Sequence record: ON212266.1
From: Enterobacter phage fGh-Ecl02
Strand: one strand, 5' to 3'
Length of the DNA stretch: 64,000 nt
Shown one piece after another: positions 19,195 through 28,133 of this stretch. How positions within the stretch are numbered: position 1 is the first letter of the stretch; the number at the start of each line of letters is the position of its first letter. The notes beneath the pieces are model-generated. The model searched no databases. It was given only the letters and a program-made list of their open reading frames with translations, and was not told the DNA's origin. Position numbers and translations under genes: made by a program.

Positions 19195-19571
19195 TTCGTC
19201 CTTTTCAACCACACGGTGTCTGTTATTGGATCTGGATTGTTGACCACATAGAATGTGATGGTAACGCCCAGAGAATGGTAATCCTCTGACAGACTCACCG
19301 TGACTTCTTCTACCTCTGCTCTGGGTTCATACAAGGCGATAGCGTCCTCTACTTTGTTCTTCACATCTACCTGGATAGTCGGTGTCGTGTTTTCACCCAG
19401 CAGCCCATAAAGCCCCGCGCCGATCCCAGGATAAGTGGGCCAGTCCCCGACTGAAGACATGACGATATTCCGCACGGATTGTAAGACAGCATACACACCT
19501 GATTTCATGGTGACATCTTTGGTCACCGGATGCATGCCGAACTTCAGATCGACATCTTTATACTCTTTCAT
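19191..19571 (-). CDS. 25: Baseplate wedge protein gp25 (GPW/gp25 family)
   Basis: Central motif AVLQSVRNIVMSSVGDWPTYPGIGAGLYGLL resembles T4 gp25 LLGIITTRKGSRPFDPEFGCDL; 126 aa. Confidence 0.7.
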   Translation of the reverse strand: MKEYKDVDLKFGMHPVTKDVTMKSGVYAVLQSVRNIVMSSVGDWPTYPGIGAGLYGLLGENTTPTIQVDVKNKVEDAIALYEPRAEVEEVTVSLSEDYHSLGVTITFYVVNNPDPITDTVWLKRTN

Positions 19572-19644
19572 TTCGCGATCCTCTCAGGATGCCTATAAGG
19601 AGCAGAGAGACGTGCTGTCCCTCTGCCACTAAACTTATACCAAC

Positions 19645-21255
19645 TTACTCTTTGGTGCCGAAATTACCACCATTGTCTTTTAATTCTGCCTTGATGTCAA
19701 TCTCACCCGGACCCGTAGGGGATGCAGGGGTTGCACCTGACAGAGAAGAAGCGCGACCAGCACCTTCGGCATATATGATGTTACCATTGATCGTCTGAGC
19801 GACAGTCAGTTTGTCAGCGATGATCTCAGTCGTTAGAATCTTAGGAACCTTCAATGTCCCGCCGACCTCCAGAGTCTCGCAGATAATGCGCAGAATATTC
19901 TGCGCTTGCATTTCCGCTAGGTCACTGAATTTCATCAGCGCTGTGCCCGCAACCACATTTGAGTAATTGTTGGAATGCAAATGATAGACCTCACCTGTCT
20001 TGCGCTGAACTTCAGTTCCTTTGACCGTCAGGTTGTGGTCCCCGCCGACATAATAACGCTTGTTGAACATCGTCAGGTCATAGTGGTCTTTGACGGACTT
20101 GTTGACCACATCACCATCCGGCAACATTTGCTTGTAAGACCCAGACTTATGCATCCAGTGAAGACGTTCACCGCCAGGGGTGTCATCCACTTCCATAATA
20201 TGCCCAGCTCGGGACACCATGACGTTATTGTACGGGTATTTGGAGCCACCCGCAGCCGGAACCATGGTTTCTCCAGTGTTGTCAATATCCTGTACTCGCC
20301 CAGTAGGAGCCGGAGTCGGTTGTTCCTTTGGAGTACGATCTGGGATAGGTTCTGACCATTTACCATTCTGCTGCGCAGGCGCGGCTGTGGCTGTGTTAGC
20401 AGGACCAGGCCAACGATATCCCAAGACCGAAGAACGTCTGAAACGACTGACCTTCACTGAATCGGATTGGTTACCACCAATACACCAGACATAGTTTGCA
20501 TCGAACTTCTGCACAAACGCTACGTGTCCAAATGTGGGGTTGTTACCACGCCGGAAGACTACGATAGCGCCATATTGTGGTGCTGACAGTGGAGTGCCCC
20601 ATGTAAGGTAAGATCGGGCAAGAGCGGAGCGCGTAGACGTGTATCCAGCCTGTATCATAACCCAACCCACGAACGCCGCACACCACGACACTTCATCTTC
20701 AGAAGCACCAAGGGAGGTTGTCTTGTGATATTCTATAATGCGCGGGTTGTTGTTGAACTTTCCGGCATACTCCTTGATACCCAATTCACCACGAGCGATT
20801 GTCATCCACTTCTCTGGATCATACCCACCAACAGGTGGTTGTGGATCTGGTTGTGGTTCGTCTTCTTGTTTCACAGGAACGTCGGTGACGGCGTTGTACG
20901 CCTGACGTTCCACAGATTGAACGACCTGCCCGAGGGCCAGTGGGTTTGTGTCGGCACCATCAGTAGGACTTGAACCAGTCCAAGTCCAGGTGATGCGTAA
21001 ATTCTGGTATGCTTCGTCAAGGGCGAACCCCATAACCTCAGTACCAGGAATGATACCCGTTGGAGACCAACCTAAACCAGCAGAGGAGGCGTTTGAAGCA
21101 GGCATCAGTACCTTCGCCCATGGGAGTTTGTCCGTAGGCAGGAGGACGGGATCGTCGGTGTGTACGCCATATATGCGGACGGCGACGCGCCCGTTTTGGT
21201 CTGGATCGTTGACATCTTCAACGGTGCCGTAAAACCATCTCATATTGTCTAACAT
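19645..21255 (-). CDS. 5: Baseplate hub/central spike gp5-like protein with an internal CHAP/NlpC-P60 cysteine-peptidase domain
   Basis: N-terminus WFYGTVEDVNDPDQNGRVAVRIYGVHT...LLPTDKLPWAKVLMP matches the T4 gp5 OB domain; Cys...His peptidase signature SWCAAFVGW...GHVAFV; C-terminal beta-rich needle. Confidence 0.75.
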   Translation of the reverse strand: MLDNMRWFYGTVEDVNDPDQNGRVAVRIYGVHTDDPVLLPTDKLPWAKVLMPASNASSAGLGWSPTGIIPGTEVMGFALDEAYQNLRITWTWTGSSPTDGADTNPLALGQVVQSVERQAYNAVTDVPVKQEDEPQPDPQPPVGGYDPEKWMTIARGELGIKEYAGKFNNNPRIIEYHKTTSLGASEDEVSWCAAFVGWVMIQAGYTSTRSALARSYLTWGTPLSAPQYGAIVVFRRGNNPTFGHVAFVQKFDANYVWCIGGNQSDSVKVSRFRRSSVLGYRWPGPANTATAAPAQQNGKWSEPIPDRTPKEQPTPAPTGRVQDIDNTGETMVPAAGGSKYPYNNVMVSRAGHIMEVDDTPGGERLHWMHKSGSYKQMLPDGDVVNKSVKDHYDLTMFNKRYYVGGDHNLTVKGTEVQRKTGEVYHLHSNNYSNVVAGTALMKFSDLAEMQAQNILRIICETLEVGGTLKVPKILTTEIIADKLTVAQTINGNIIYAEGAGRASSLSGATPASPTGPGEIDIKAELKDNGGNFGTKE

Positions 21256-21593
21256 ATTGAGTTCCGGTTGTCAAACAAGGATTTGAAGGTATTTATGCGC
21301 AGCTGATTTTGCCTTATATACTATAGGAAGCTCTGCTTCCGTTCATTTTATTTGTTTTATTCGATCCTATTCGCTTCGCTCATCAAACCGCCCTATGCGG
21401 GCAGCACCATTCCAATGCCATGGAGGCATAAGGGCGAGGCAATAACTGTACACCCCAGAACACTCCTTGAAAAATGGTATTTTACTGACAATCTGATTCA
21501 AAATAAACAAACACCAACAAATGACTCGGGAACAAGCCCATTATAGCAATTTCAGGTAAAGAAAGTTCGTGTTAACCGATTTTACAGTTAAGC

Positions 21594-21620
21594 CAATAAA
21601 AATCCCGCCGAAGCGGGATT
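21594..21620 (-). terminator. Rho-independent terminator on the - strand, AATCCCGC-TTCG-GCGGGATT + TTTTATTGG
   Basis: 8 bp stem with T-run when read on the - strand, downstream of the gp26-like gene. Confidence 0.6.
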
Positions 21621-21767
21621 ACTGTTTCTTAGACAACCTGACCTTGAGGGCTTCGGTTAACAAGTCAAGATGCCATGGCATCGACTCGTTGATTTCAAAT
21701 ATGCTATAGCCGTGTAACTTCAATTCATCACACATCACGAAGTAGGATAATAAATCAGTTTCAAACA

Positions 21768-22574
21768 TTAAATGAAAATTTCATTAATACTATTGAATTC
21801 GATTTTGTGCTCCTTACCACATTTCGGACACTTGATCGAACTCTTGTAGTGGATGCGCGGTATTTTGTGGAAGAAGTTCTTCGTAATGCTGTCAATAACA
21901 TCTGATTCGATGTTATCCTTCACCCACTCAACAAACGCTTCTTTCACACGGCGGCGCTCAGTAGCCTCTTCCGGAGTGATTCCGATTTCTTCAGGATTCT
22001 CAACCTTCCACACCTGACCGTCATCATCGTACAGACAGTCGATAAAGGTGGCCAGCATCATCTCAACGCTTGCAGCATCAGACAGTGCCGTAGCGTCCGA
22101 GAAGGAAGGTTGGCGCATCTTGAGGTGATATCCACCTGGCAGGTCAAACGTCTCCCGGAAGCCGTCCTGAGCAATGCATTTGACGTTGTTCAACGGGATA
22201 GGTAGAGTCAGTTCCTGCTCACAGGGAACCATCTGGTGCTTTTCTTGACCATCTCCCAGATCGATCGTTTCTTCAATCTGATTATTACACTTATAACGAA
22301 TCTTCATCAATTCACCGATGGAGATCATGCGCATGCGGATGAACACTTCCTCAACAACGCCGATTGGCAGTTTACTGAAAGGTGCGCCTGCATTTACACA
22401 CTCGCTAAAGAGACTCTCCATCATGGCCGCGCGTTCTTCAATCGGCGTTTGCGGATCTGACACCTGAAGTAATAAAGTTTGTTGCCCCGCAGTAAAGGCG
22501 CGATATTTGATCACAGTAGGCCAAAAGTCGCTTTTATATGTCTTTTCTGTTCTGGGCAATGATGGTAAATTCAT
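21768..22574 (-). CDS. Baseplate hub-region structural protein (gp26/gp51-like position) with C-terminal CPKCGKEH zinc ribbon
   Basis: GGAG RBS before ATG 22574; lies in the baseplate block upstream of gp5; the assignment to gp26 is positional only. Confidence 0.4.
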   Translation of the reverse strand: MNLPSLPRTEKTYKSDFWPTVIKYRAFTAGQQTLLLQVSDPQTPIEERAAMMESLFSECVNAGAPFSKLPIGVVEEVFIRMRMISIGELMKIRYKCNNQIEETIDLGDGQEKHQMVPCEQELTLPIPLNNVKCIAQDGFRETFDLPGGYHLKMRQPSFSDATALSDAASVEMMLATFIDCLYDDDGQVWKVENPEEIGITPEEATERRRVKEAFVEWVKDNIESDVIDSITKNFFHKIPRIHYKSSIKCPKCGKEHKIEFNSINEIFI

Positions 22575-22623
22575 AATGTATCTCCACGGTATATTGTAAG
22601 AGTAATTATAACGAGGAATGAAA

Positions 22624-23148
22624 ATGCGCGGATTTTGTTTTAGTGAAATAGGCAAAGAACTGTCTATACAATATCCCGATCCCAACACAGACTTCTTTAT
22701 CTTCCTGACCGATTATGCCAAGAAAGAGAATATCCTCCATGTGGCAATGAAACACGAAGATTATAAGTTCTGTCGGCTGGGTGTCAAAGACCTGCTGCGT
22801 TATGGTCTACAAGTGGTCATCGTAGACCCATACTACAGCCCTATCGACGATGAAGAAGTTCTACCCGTATATGTTCACCGCAACATCAATACATTGGAAA
22901 AGCATTATCCAGATTGTATTGTCATCGGCGAACTCATCTCGTATTATCATCGTGGGCGAAAGCTGGAACAGATTAAAAGTTATTTTCAAGAGGGTGTTGG
23001 TCAATATAAGATGAATGCCCTTAGTAGTGGATGGATGGTACTGTCTTCAGCAGGCAGTGCTGACTATATTAAGATGCGTGTCTACCAATACGTTGTGGAG
23101 CGCGATTATGAACTGGAGAAAAGTAATGCAAAACGAAAAACCCGTTGA
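22624..23148 (+). CDS. Hypothetical protein (175 aa)
   Basis: GAGGA RBS; transcribed divergently from the baseplate block. Confidence 0.45.
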   Translation: MRGFCFSEIGKELSIQYPDPNTDFFIFLTDYAKKENILHVAMKHEDYKFCRLGVKDLLRYGLQVVIVDPYYSPIDDEEVLPVYVHRNINTLEKHYPDCIVIGELISYYHRGRKLEQIKSYFQEGVGQYKMNALSSGWMVLSSAGSADYIKMRVYQYVVERDYELEKSNAKRKTR

Positions 23149-23617
23149 ACGTGCTCCGATTGAGGAAGTACAACAACACGTCCTGGACCTTATGAAACAC
23201 ACAGTTTCTGATGCCGAAGGTAAAGTGCCGGATGAGTTCATCGGTGCGTTCGATCAGGTGGCTTTCGATACCGAGGGAGTTCCTTTGATCCAGACGATCG
23301 CTGGTATGGTTTTGTTTGAACCAAAAGCAGTAGAAAATGGCGTAATCGTCTACTCAGCCAACATCGGTGTGGACGGTGAGTCCCTGTCTCTCGAAGTTAG
23401 TAACATTGCTAAGTACCTGATCAAGTGTGGTTATGATCTGCAGGTTGTGACAGCCCACTACATCGATCCTCAGGGGCAGATCTCCTACGGTGATGAAGCG
23501 CGCAAAGTGAAACGCCACATCGACACTACCGTGATCCTGCAGAGTATCCAACAGATGCAGAAGAACCTGGACCACCCTGGTCTGATCCTGCCTGATAGCA
23601 AAATCATCACCCGTTAA
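23126..23617 (+). CDS. Hypothetical protein (163 aa)
   Basis: GGAG RBS 8 nt upstream of ATG 23126; 23 nt overlap with the upstream gene. Confidence 0.45.
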   Translation: MQNEKPVERAPIEEVQQHVLDLMKHTVSDAEGKVPDEFIGAFDQVAFDTEGVPLIQTIAGMVLFEPKAVENGVIVYSANIGVDGESLSLEVSNIAKYLIKCGYDLQVVTAHYIDPQGQISYGDEARKVKRHIDTTVILQSIQQMQKNLDHPGLILPDSKIITR

Positions 23618-23668
23618 CCCGGCGTAAATAGCCCATACACCAATGAAACTTCGTTATGGGCTATTTAC

Positions 23669-24259
23669 ATGAAATATTGCGGAATCGACTACTCCTATGG
23701 CTGTCCATCCCTGTGCTTCTGGGATGATAAAGACCCTCTTGATTTTGATCATCTGCGCTTCTACGCATATTATACTGTGGAGAAGTACTGCACTCAGATT
23801 CGTCAGAACATCCTTATCATGAAGCAACCGAAGTGGGAGACCCCAGAAGAACGCTTCTATAACATCTGTAAATGGGCTGAGGCTGTCCTGTTGACTGAGA
23901 AGCCGGATGTGATCACTCTTGAAGGGTATGCTATGGGCAACTCTAAGAACTCCAACAACATATGCCAGACCGCAGAGAATACCTCACTGTTGAAGCAAGC
24001 CCTGCGCCGTAACAATTTCGACTTCCAGATCGTGACGCCATCCCATGTGAAGAAGATGTTCACCGACAAGGGCAACGCGGATAAACACGCCATGATCGCT
24101 CACTTCGAGTCACTGTTCAATGTTAGCATGCGCGGTATAATGGATATGTTGGAAGTTAAGGATCCCAAGCCAATCGATGACCTCGTGGATTCGTTTGCGA
24201 TAATGGCTTGTGGCTCTTACTTCATTGAGAATAATCCAGACTTCAACAGAGGTATATGA
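23669..24259 (+). CDS. Putative RuvC-like Holliday junction resolvase
   Basis: N-terminal MKYCGIDYSYGCPSLCF resembles the RuvC/YqgF start (ILGIDPG..TG); later acidic residues (EGYAMGN, DKHAMIAHFE). Confidence 0.4.
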   Translation: MKYCGIDYSYGCPSLCFWDDKDPLDFDHLRFYAYYTVEKYCTQIRQNILIMKQPKWETPEERFYNICKWAEAVLLTEKPDVITLEGYAMGNSKNSNNICQTAENTSLLKQALRRNNFDFQIVTPSHVKKMFTDKGNADKHAMIAHFESLFNVSMRGIMDMLEVKDPKPIDDLVDSFAIMACGSYFIENNPDFNRGI

Positions 24260-24570
24260 TGGTCGATTATTGGTTGTTGGCGAACTTCCTGACGTTCGCT
24301 TTGTTGTTAGTGGTTGTCTTGGTCTGGGTGAAGTCGTTCTTCACTTTGGTTCATGCGTATGTGTACCAGATCAACTTCTACACACTGTCCCCACATCGTG
24401 ACACGAACGTTCGTGCCGATCAACAGGCCGAGGCTATCCTCTCATATCAGTTCATCCACATGCGCGATAAAATGATCAAGCGTGTAGTGTTTTCTACAGT
24501 GATGTTGCTGGTTATCATTATGGTACGTTTCGTGCTGACAACCGTGGGGGTGTTCCATGCCGCTGTATGA
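24256..24570 (+). CDS. Small membrane protein (2 TM)
   Basis: Hydrophobic stretches LLANFLTFALLLVVVLVWV and VVFSTVMLLVIIMV. Confidence 0.45.
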   Translation: MMVDYWLLANFLTFALLLVVVLVWVKSFFTLVHAYVYQINFYTLSPHRDTNVRADQQAEAILSYQFIHMRDKMIKRVVFSTVMLLVIIMVRFVLTTVGVFHAAV

Positions 24571-24802
24571 TTATCAATGCAAGGGCTGTGGTAACGCGAT
24601 GACACTGCGTAAATCTATTGCAGATCGCCATGAGCCTGAATCCAACCCCTGCACTGAGTGCGGAGGGGAGATTAAAATGATCGTGGGTGCTCCCAAGATT
24701 GTCTCTGGGGTGAAGGGACCACAATCAGCTCCAGACGGCTTCAAGGACGTCTTGCGTACGATAAAGAAGGGTTCGGGTAAGGGGAACACAATCGATGTCT
24801 GA
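24557..24802 (+). CDS. FmdB-family zinc-ribbon protein
   Basis: MPLYDYQCKGCG...CTECGG signature. Confidence 0.55.
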   Translation: MPLYDYQCKGCGNAMTLRKSIADRHEPESNPCTECGGEIKMIVGAPKIVSGVKGPQSAPDGFKDVLRTIKKGSGKGNTIDV

Positions 24803-25040
24803 CGAAAAACAGCCAGCGCTTGTGATGACACCAGAATTATTTTCTGAAATCGTCCTACTACGCGCCGCCCAAACCAAGGATAGTATCCTTGAGACTTTGG
24901 CAGCTGTCTGTGAAGAGAACGACATAGACGAGACCAAAGTCAAAAAGATGATTACAGCACCATTGTTGTCACGACTGACAGCTGAGTGCTCCGATGCGCG
25001 CCTGATCAAAGACGCGCTAAAGTCTAAGAAATTAGTGTAG
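24795..25040 (+). CDS. Hypothetical protein (81 aa)
   Basis: Compact operon spacing. Confidence 0.4.
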   Translation: MSDEKQPALVMTPELFSEIVLLRAAQTKDSILETLAAVCEENDIDETKVKKMITAPLLSRLTAECSDARLIKDALKSKKLV

Positions 25041-25047
25041 GTCTATT

Positions 25048-25287
25048 ATGAGCAAAGAATCAATTTACAGCGCAATGAAAGCTGCCGAGTTTCTTCCTGG
25101 CGCAATGCGCTGGCGTGTGGGTAGCCTGAACGAGAATGCTGACCAGACGGATCGTATTCGTTACGTTACCCCTGATGGTCGCTCATATGTTGTTGAGTAT
25201 CACACGCACGACGAAGGCAAGAAGACGTTTTCGGACGTGTTCGACATTATTGAAATTGACCCAGCAAATCAAGTGCTTAAAGGTTAA
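25048..25287 (+). CDS. Hypothetical protein (79 aa)
   Basis: Compact operon spacing. Confidence 0.4.
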   Translation: MSKESIYSAMKAAEFLPGAMRWRVGSLNENADQTDRIRYVTPDGRSYVVEYHTHDEGKKTFSDVFDIIEIDPANQVLKG

Positions 25288-25318
25288 TTCAATGTAAGAT
25301 CGGGGTATAATTACCCCG
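25286..25318 (+). promoter_or_regulatory. AATTCAAT box followed by hairpin CGGGGTA-TAAT-TACCCCG containing TATAAT, upstream of gene 32
   Basis: Seen directly; the same AATTCAAT...TATAAT architecture recurs at 30275, 36515 and 39290. Confidence 0.4.
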
Positions 25319-25386
25319 CTTTGTAGCAAACTGAAAATACATGTAACAGAATAGCCCTGAGGGGCGGAAACAGAGGAAATTAAGAA

Positions 25387-26397
25387 ATGGGTAATTTATT
25401 CGAACGTCTGAAAGCGTCCCGTGGTCAGCAAACTGAAGCAATGCAGGCGCGTCTTGCACAGCAAGGCCAGAAGTCCGGTTTCCAGAAGGATCCTCGCATC
25501 TGGAAATGGACTTGGAACAAAGATGGTATCTCCGAGAATATCATCCGCTTCCTGCCAGTCCCGCTGGTAGACCTCAAGGCACAGGAAGAAGGGACGATCG
25601 ATAAAGATCAGATCCTCACCCCTTGTGCCATGATCATGAAGCATCAGTTCCAGGGACCTGGTGGTTGGTACATTGAGAACTCACCTCAGACGTTCGGCAA
25701 CGACGATCCGGTGCGCGACCATGACCGTCCGCTGTGGGCGCAGCAGAAAGAAACGAACGACGAAAAGCTGAAGGACATCCTGAAGAAACGTCTACCCGAC
25801 ACCAAATACTACGCTAACATCCTGGTGATCAAAGATGTCAACGTACCGGAAAACAACGGCAAGGTCTTCCTGCTGGAATTTGGTAACGCCATCAAGAAAA
25901 TCCTGGATCAGGCGCAGAATCCTAAGTTCCCAACCGACCCTAAATTCGATCCGTTCGATCTGTGGGAAGGTGCCAACCTGAACCTGAAGCTCTTTGGCGA
26001 GCAGAAGAAGTTTGGGAACTGGGAAGGTCTGGTGGCAAACTTCAGTAAGGTGGTGTGGGAGAACCCTGCCCCGCTGAGTGATGACGAAGCGTATATGGAA
26101 GACGTCTGGTCTCGTGAGCATAGCCTGTTTGAATTCTTCAATCCGGCTAACTTCAAAGACTACGACACCCTGGAAAAGCGCCTGCGCAAAGTTCTGGCAA
26201 TTCCTGATGACCAGCCTCTGGTTGAAGGTGGTGCAGCCACGATGGCTCATGCTCCTAGCACCCAGACTACACATCAGCCAACTGCTCAAGACAGCTTGAA
26301 ACAGCAACAGGCCGCGCCATCGCAGGCTCAGACTCAACCGGATGCCAGAAACACGGCTACCATTGATGAATTCGAGCAGTATCTCAAGTCTAACTGA
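25387..26397 (+). CDS. 32: Single-stranded DNA-binding protein gp32
   Basis: IRFLPVP...WYIENS... and NILVIKDVNVPENNGKVFLLEFG match T4 gp32 (AVIRFLPS..., NVLIIKDPAHPENNGKVF); acidic/Gln-rich C-terminal tail. Confidence 0.75.
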   Translation: MGNLFERLKASRGQQTEAMQARLAQQGQKSGFQKDPRIWKWTWNKDGISENIIRFLPVPLVDLKAQEEGTIDKDQILTPCAMIMKHQFQGPGGWYIENSPQTFGNDDPVRDHDRPLWAQQKETNDEKLKDILKKRLPDTKYYANILVIKDVNVPENNGKVFLLEFGNAIKKILDQAQNPKFPTDPKFDPFDLWEGANLNLKLFGEQKKFGNWEGLVANFSKVVWENPAPLSDDEAYMEDVWSREHSLFEFFNPANFKDYDTLEKRLRKVLAIPDDQPLVEGGAATMAHAPSTQTTHQPTAQDSLKQQQAAPSQAQTQPDARNTATIDEFEQYLKSN

Positions 26398-26403
26398 TCA
26401 AAC

Positions 26404-26430
26404 AAGCCATCTTCGGATGGCTTTTATTTT
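26404..26430 (+). terminator. Rho-independent terminator AAGCCATC-TTCG-GATGGCTT + TTTATTTT (bidirectional position)
   Basis: 8 bp stem with T-run; lies between convergent genes. Confidence 0.7.
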
Positions 26431-27368
26431 CCCATCACGTCTTTCAATATCCCCAACAGGCTTGTCTTCTCCGCCGCCGTCAGGTTATCGTTGCCCATGA
26501 TGTCACGAGAGATACCTACCGAGATGCGCTCGAAGTCCTGTATGCTTATCCCAGCCAGGTTATTTACAAGTTGGTCAAGCTGTTTGTAAGCCAGGAGAGC
26601 CTCTCCTGTGAAGTTCCCTTCTTTCAACTTGCGATAAAGCTGTCCAGCTTTTGAGGCCGCAGTTTCCCAGTCACCACTGGTAAGAGCGTCAGCAATGCCG
26701 AGAGGAAGAAAATCGCTGGAAAGGCTGCGTGTTTCATATTCTGTCTCCGAAAGCACTTTGTTGTAAGAGAAAGAAATGTTGTACTGGTTGAACTGGTCTG
26801 TGGCACCTTTATCCAGCTCAATAGAACTGAAATTTATTGGGTGAGCCTCGACGATGTAGACGCGGTGGACCACTTGATCTTCGGTGTCAAGCTGTTCAAT
26901 GCATATGTCAGTCACGAAGTCTTCGTAATATCCCATTTTGGTGGTGTGTGGATCAAAGATCAGACTCTTCCACTTGTCCATCACAGACTTCTCGTAATAG
27001 TCATTAGCTAATAAGAATGACAATTCGAGGTCGACGTTGGACTTGTTGTTCGGCATCTTGATGTGATTACCGTTGTTTGTCATTGGAGTGGTGTCGATAC
27101 CAACCCCTGGCAATGAGGCAACCATACACATCATCTGAAGGGAACGGGACGTCTGGTTTGTCCCTCCAAAGAAAGCGTTTACAATACGGGCTGACTGCTT
27201 AAATAAGTCACCGAAAGATGAATTGGTGCTGTACGCCTTTCCGTCATTAGCCAGAGTGGCATTGGAGTCAAAGATCCCTGGTGGTAGAGGGATGGTCACT
27301 CTGAAGCGGTTCTTGCGCGACAAGCCCCGCTGTAATATCTGTGTGATAAAATTGCGATAGTCTTCCAC
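26424..27368 (-). CDS. Baseplate/tail-tube junction protein of the gp19 tail-tube fold (gp54-like; could be gp48)
   Basis: Exact late promoter upstream; N-terminal NRFRVTIPLP resembles the tail-tube family; 314 aa, close to T4 gp54. Confidence 0.5.
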   Translation of the reverse strand: MEDYRNFITQILQRGLSRKNRFRVTIPLPPGIFDSNATLANDGKAYSTNSSFGDLFKQSARIVNAFFGGTNQTSRSLQMMCMVASLPGVGIDTTPMTNNGNHIKMPNNKSNVDLELSFLLANDYYEKSVMDKWKSLIFDPHTTKMGYYEDFVTDICIEQLDTEDQVVHRVYIVEAHPINFSSIELDKGATDQFNQYNISFSYNKVLSETEYETRSLSSDFLPLGIADALTSGDWETAASKAGQLYRKLKEGNFTGEALLAYKQLDQLVNNLAGISIQDFERISVGISRDIMGNDNLTAAEKTSLLGILKDVMGK

Positions 27369-27401
27369 GGTGAGGACTCCACTTAAATAAAATAACTGTT
27401 G

Positions 27402-27409
27402 TTATTTAT
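27402..27409 (-). promoter_or_regulatory. T4-type late promoter (TATAAATA on the - strand)
   Basis: + strand TATTTATA about 30 nt upstream of the - strand start 27368. Confidence 0.6.
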
Positions 27410-27421
27410 AGGAGTTGACAA

Positions 27422-28126
27422 ATGGCGAAGAATGCAGCTGGCGAAGAAGATCCGTTGCTGTTTCCGGCCGAGATGGACGCCCCCGAGCTGGTCAAGCGTT
27501 ACATCCGCAAGTACCGTCAACACTTCGGCCCAGAGGCGAAGCGTAACATCCGTCGTTCGCATGTGTGGTTCATGGAGCGTGTGTCTAAGGACGCCAACCT
27601 GAGTCCCAACCATATGAAACAGGCGTTTGCTGATCACAAACGTCCGGTACAAGGTGTGCGGTATATAGTCGGGCGTATGTTCTATTTCAAATATGATGCT
27701 CTGACGAAGAATGAACTACCCTACTGGGATATGTACCCTCTGGTGTTCTTCTTCAACTTTGTCAAGGGTGATGGTATCACCTTTGGAGAGAAGGGTGTGA
27801 CATACCTCTGGGGACTCAACATGCACTACCTGCCACCGAAGCTCAGGCTGTTGGTGTTTGAGGATCTGATTAAGTTGCGTAACGAACGGGCATACCGCTC
27901 AAAGACGCGTCTGAAGCTCACCTGGGAAGCCCTGAAGCGCTTCGCCAACCATCCGCTGTACAATCACTGTGTGAAGCTGTACCGCGCCGATCAGTTCCGT
28001 TCACAGCTTTACGAGATTGAGCCACAGTACTGGGAGATCGTTCTCTTCATGCGCACGGCTCGCTTCCAGAAACAGAGCCAGATGTCTGTGTGGAAAGATG
28101 CACGTCGTATGCATAAGAAGAAATAG
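27422..28126 (+). CDS. Hypothetical basic protein (234 aa)
   Basis: GGAG RBS; no recognised motifs. Confidence 0.5.
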   Translation: MAKNAAGEEDPLLFPAEMDAPELVKRYIRKYRQHFGPEAKRNIRRSHVWFMERVSKDANLSPNHMKQAFADHKRPVQGVRYIVGRMFYFKYDALTKNELPYWDMYPLVFFFNFVKGDGITFGEKGVTYLWGLNMHYLPPKLRLLVFEDLIKLRNERAYRSKTRLKLTWEALKRFANHPLYNHCVKLYRADQFRSQLYEIEPQYWEIVLFMRTARFQKQSQMSVWKDARRMHKKK

Positions 28127-28133
28127 TTCTATA

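Noticed and set aside
21256-21767. Possible tRNA or other structured RNA gene in the long intergenic gap
   Set aside because: I found no cloverleaf with a GTTCRANYC T-arm or a conserved D-arm by eye. The region is AT-rich and repetitive rather than tRNA-like. It is kept only as a generic non-coding finding.
27411-27424. TTGACAAATG upstream of ATG 27422 as a sigma70 -35 element
   Set aside because: It directly abuts the start codon, so it cannot act as a -35 box for this gene. The region is better explained by the - strand late promoter TATTTATA at 27402-27409.
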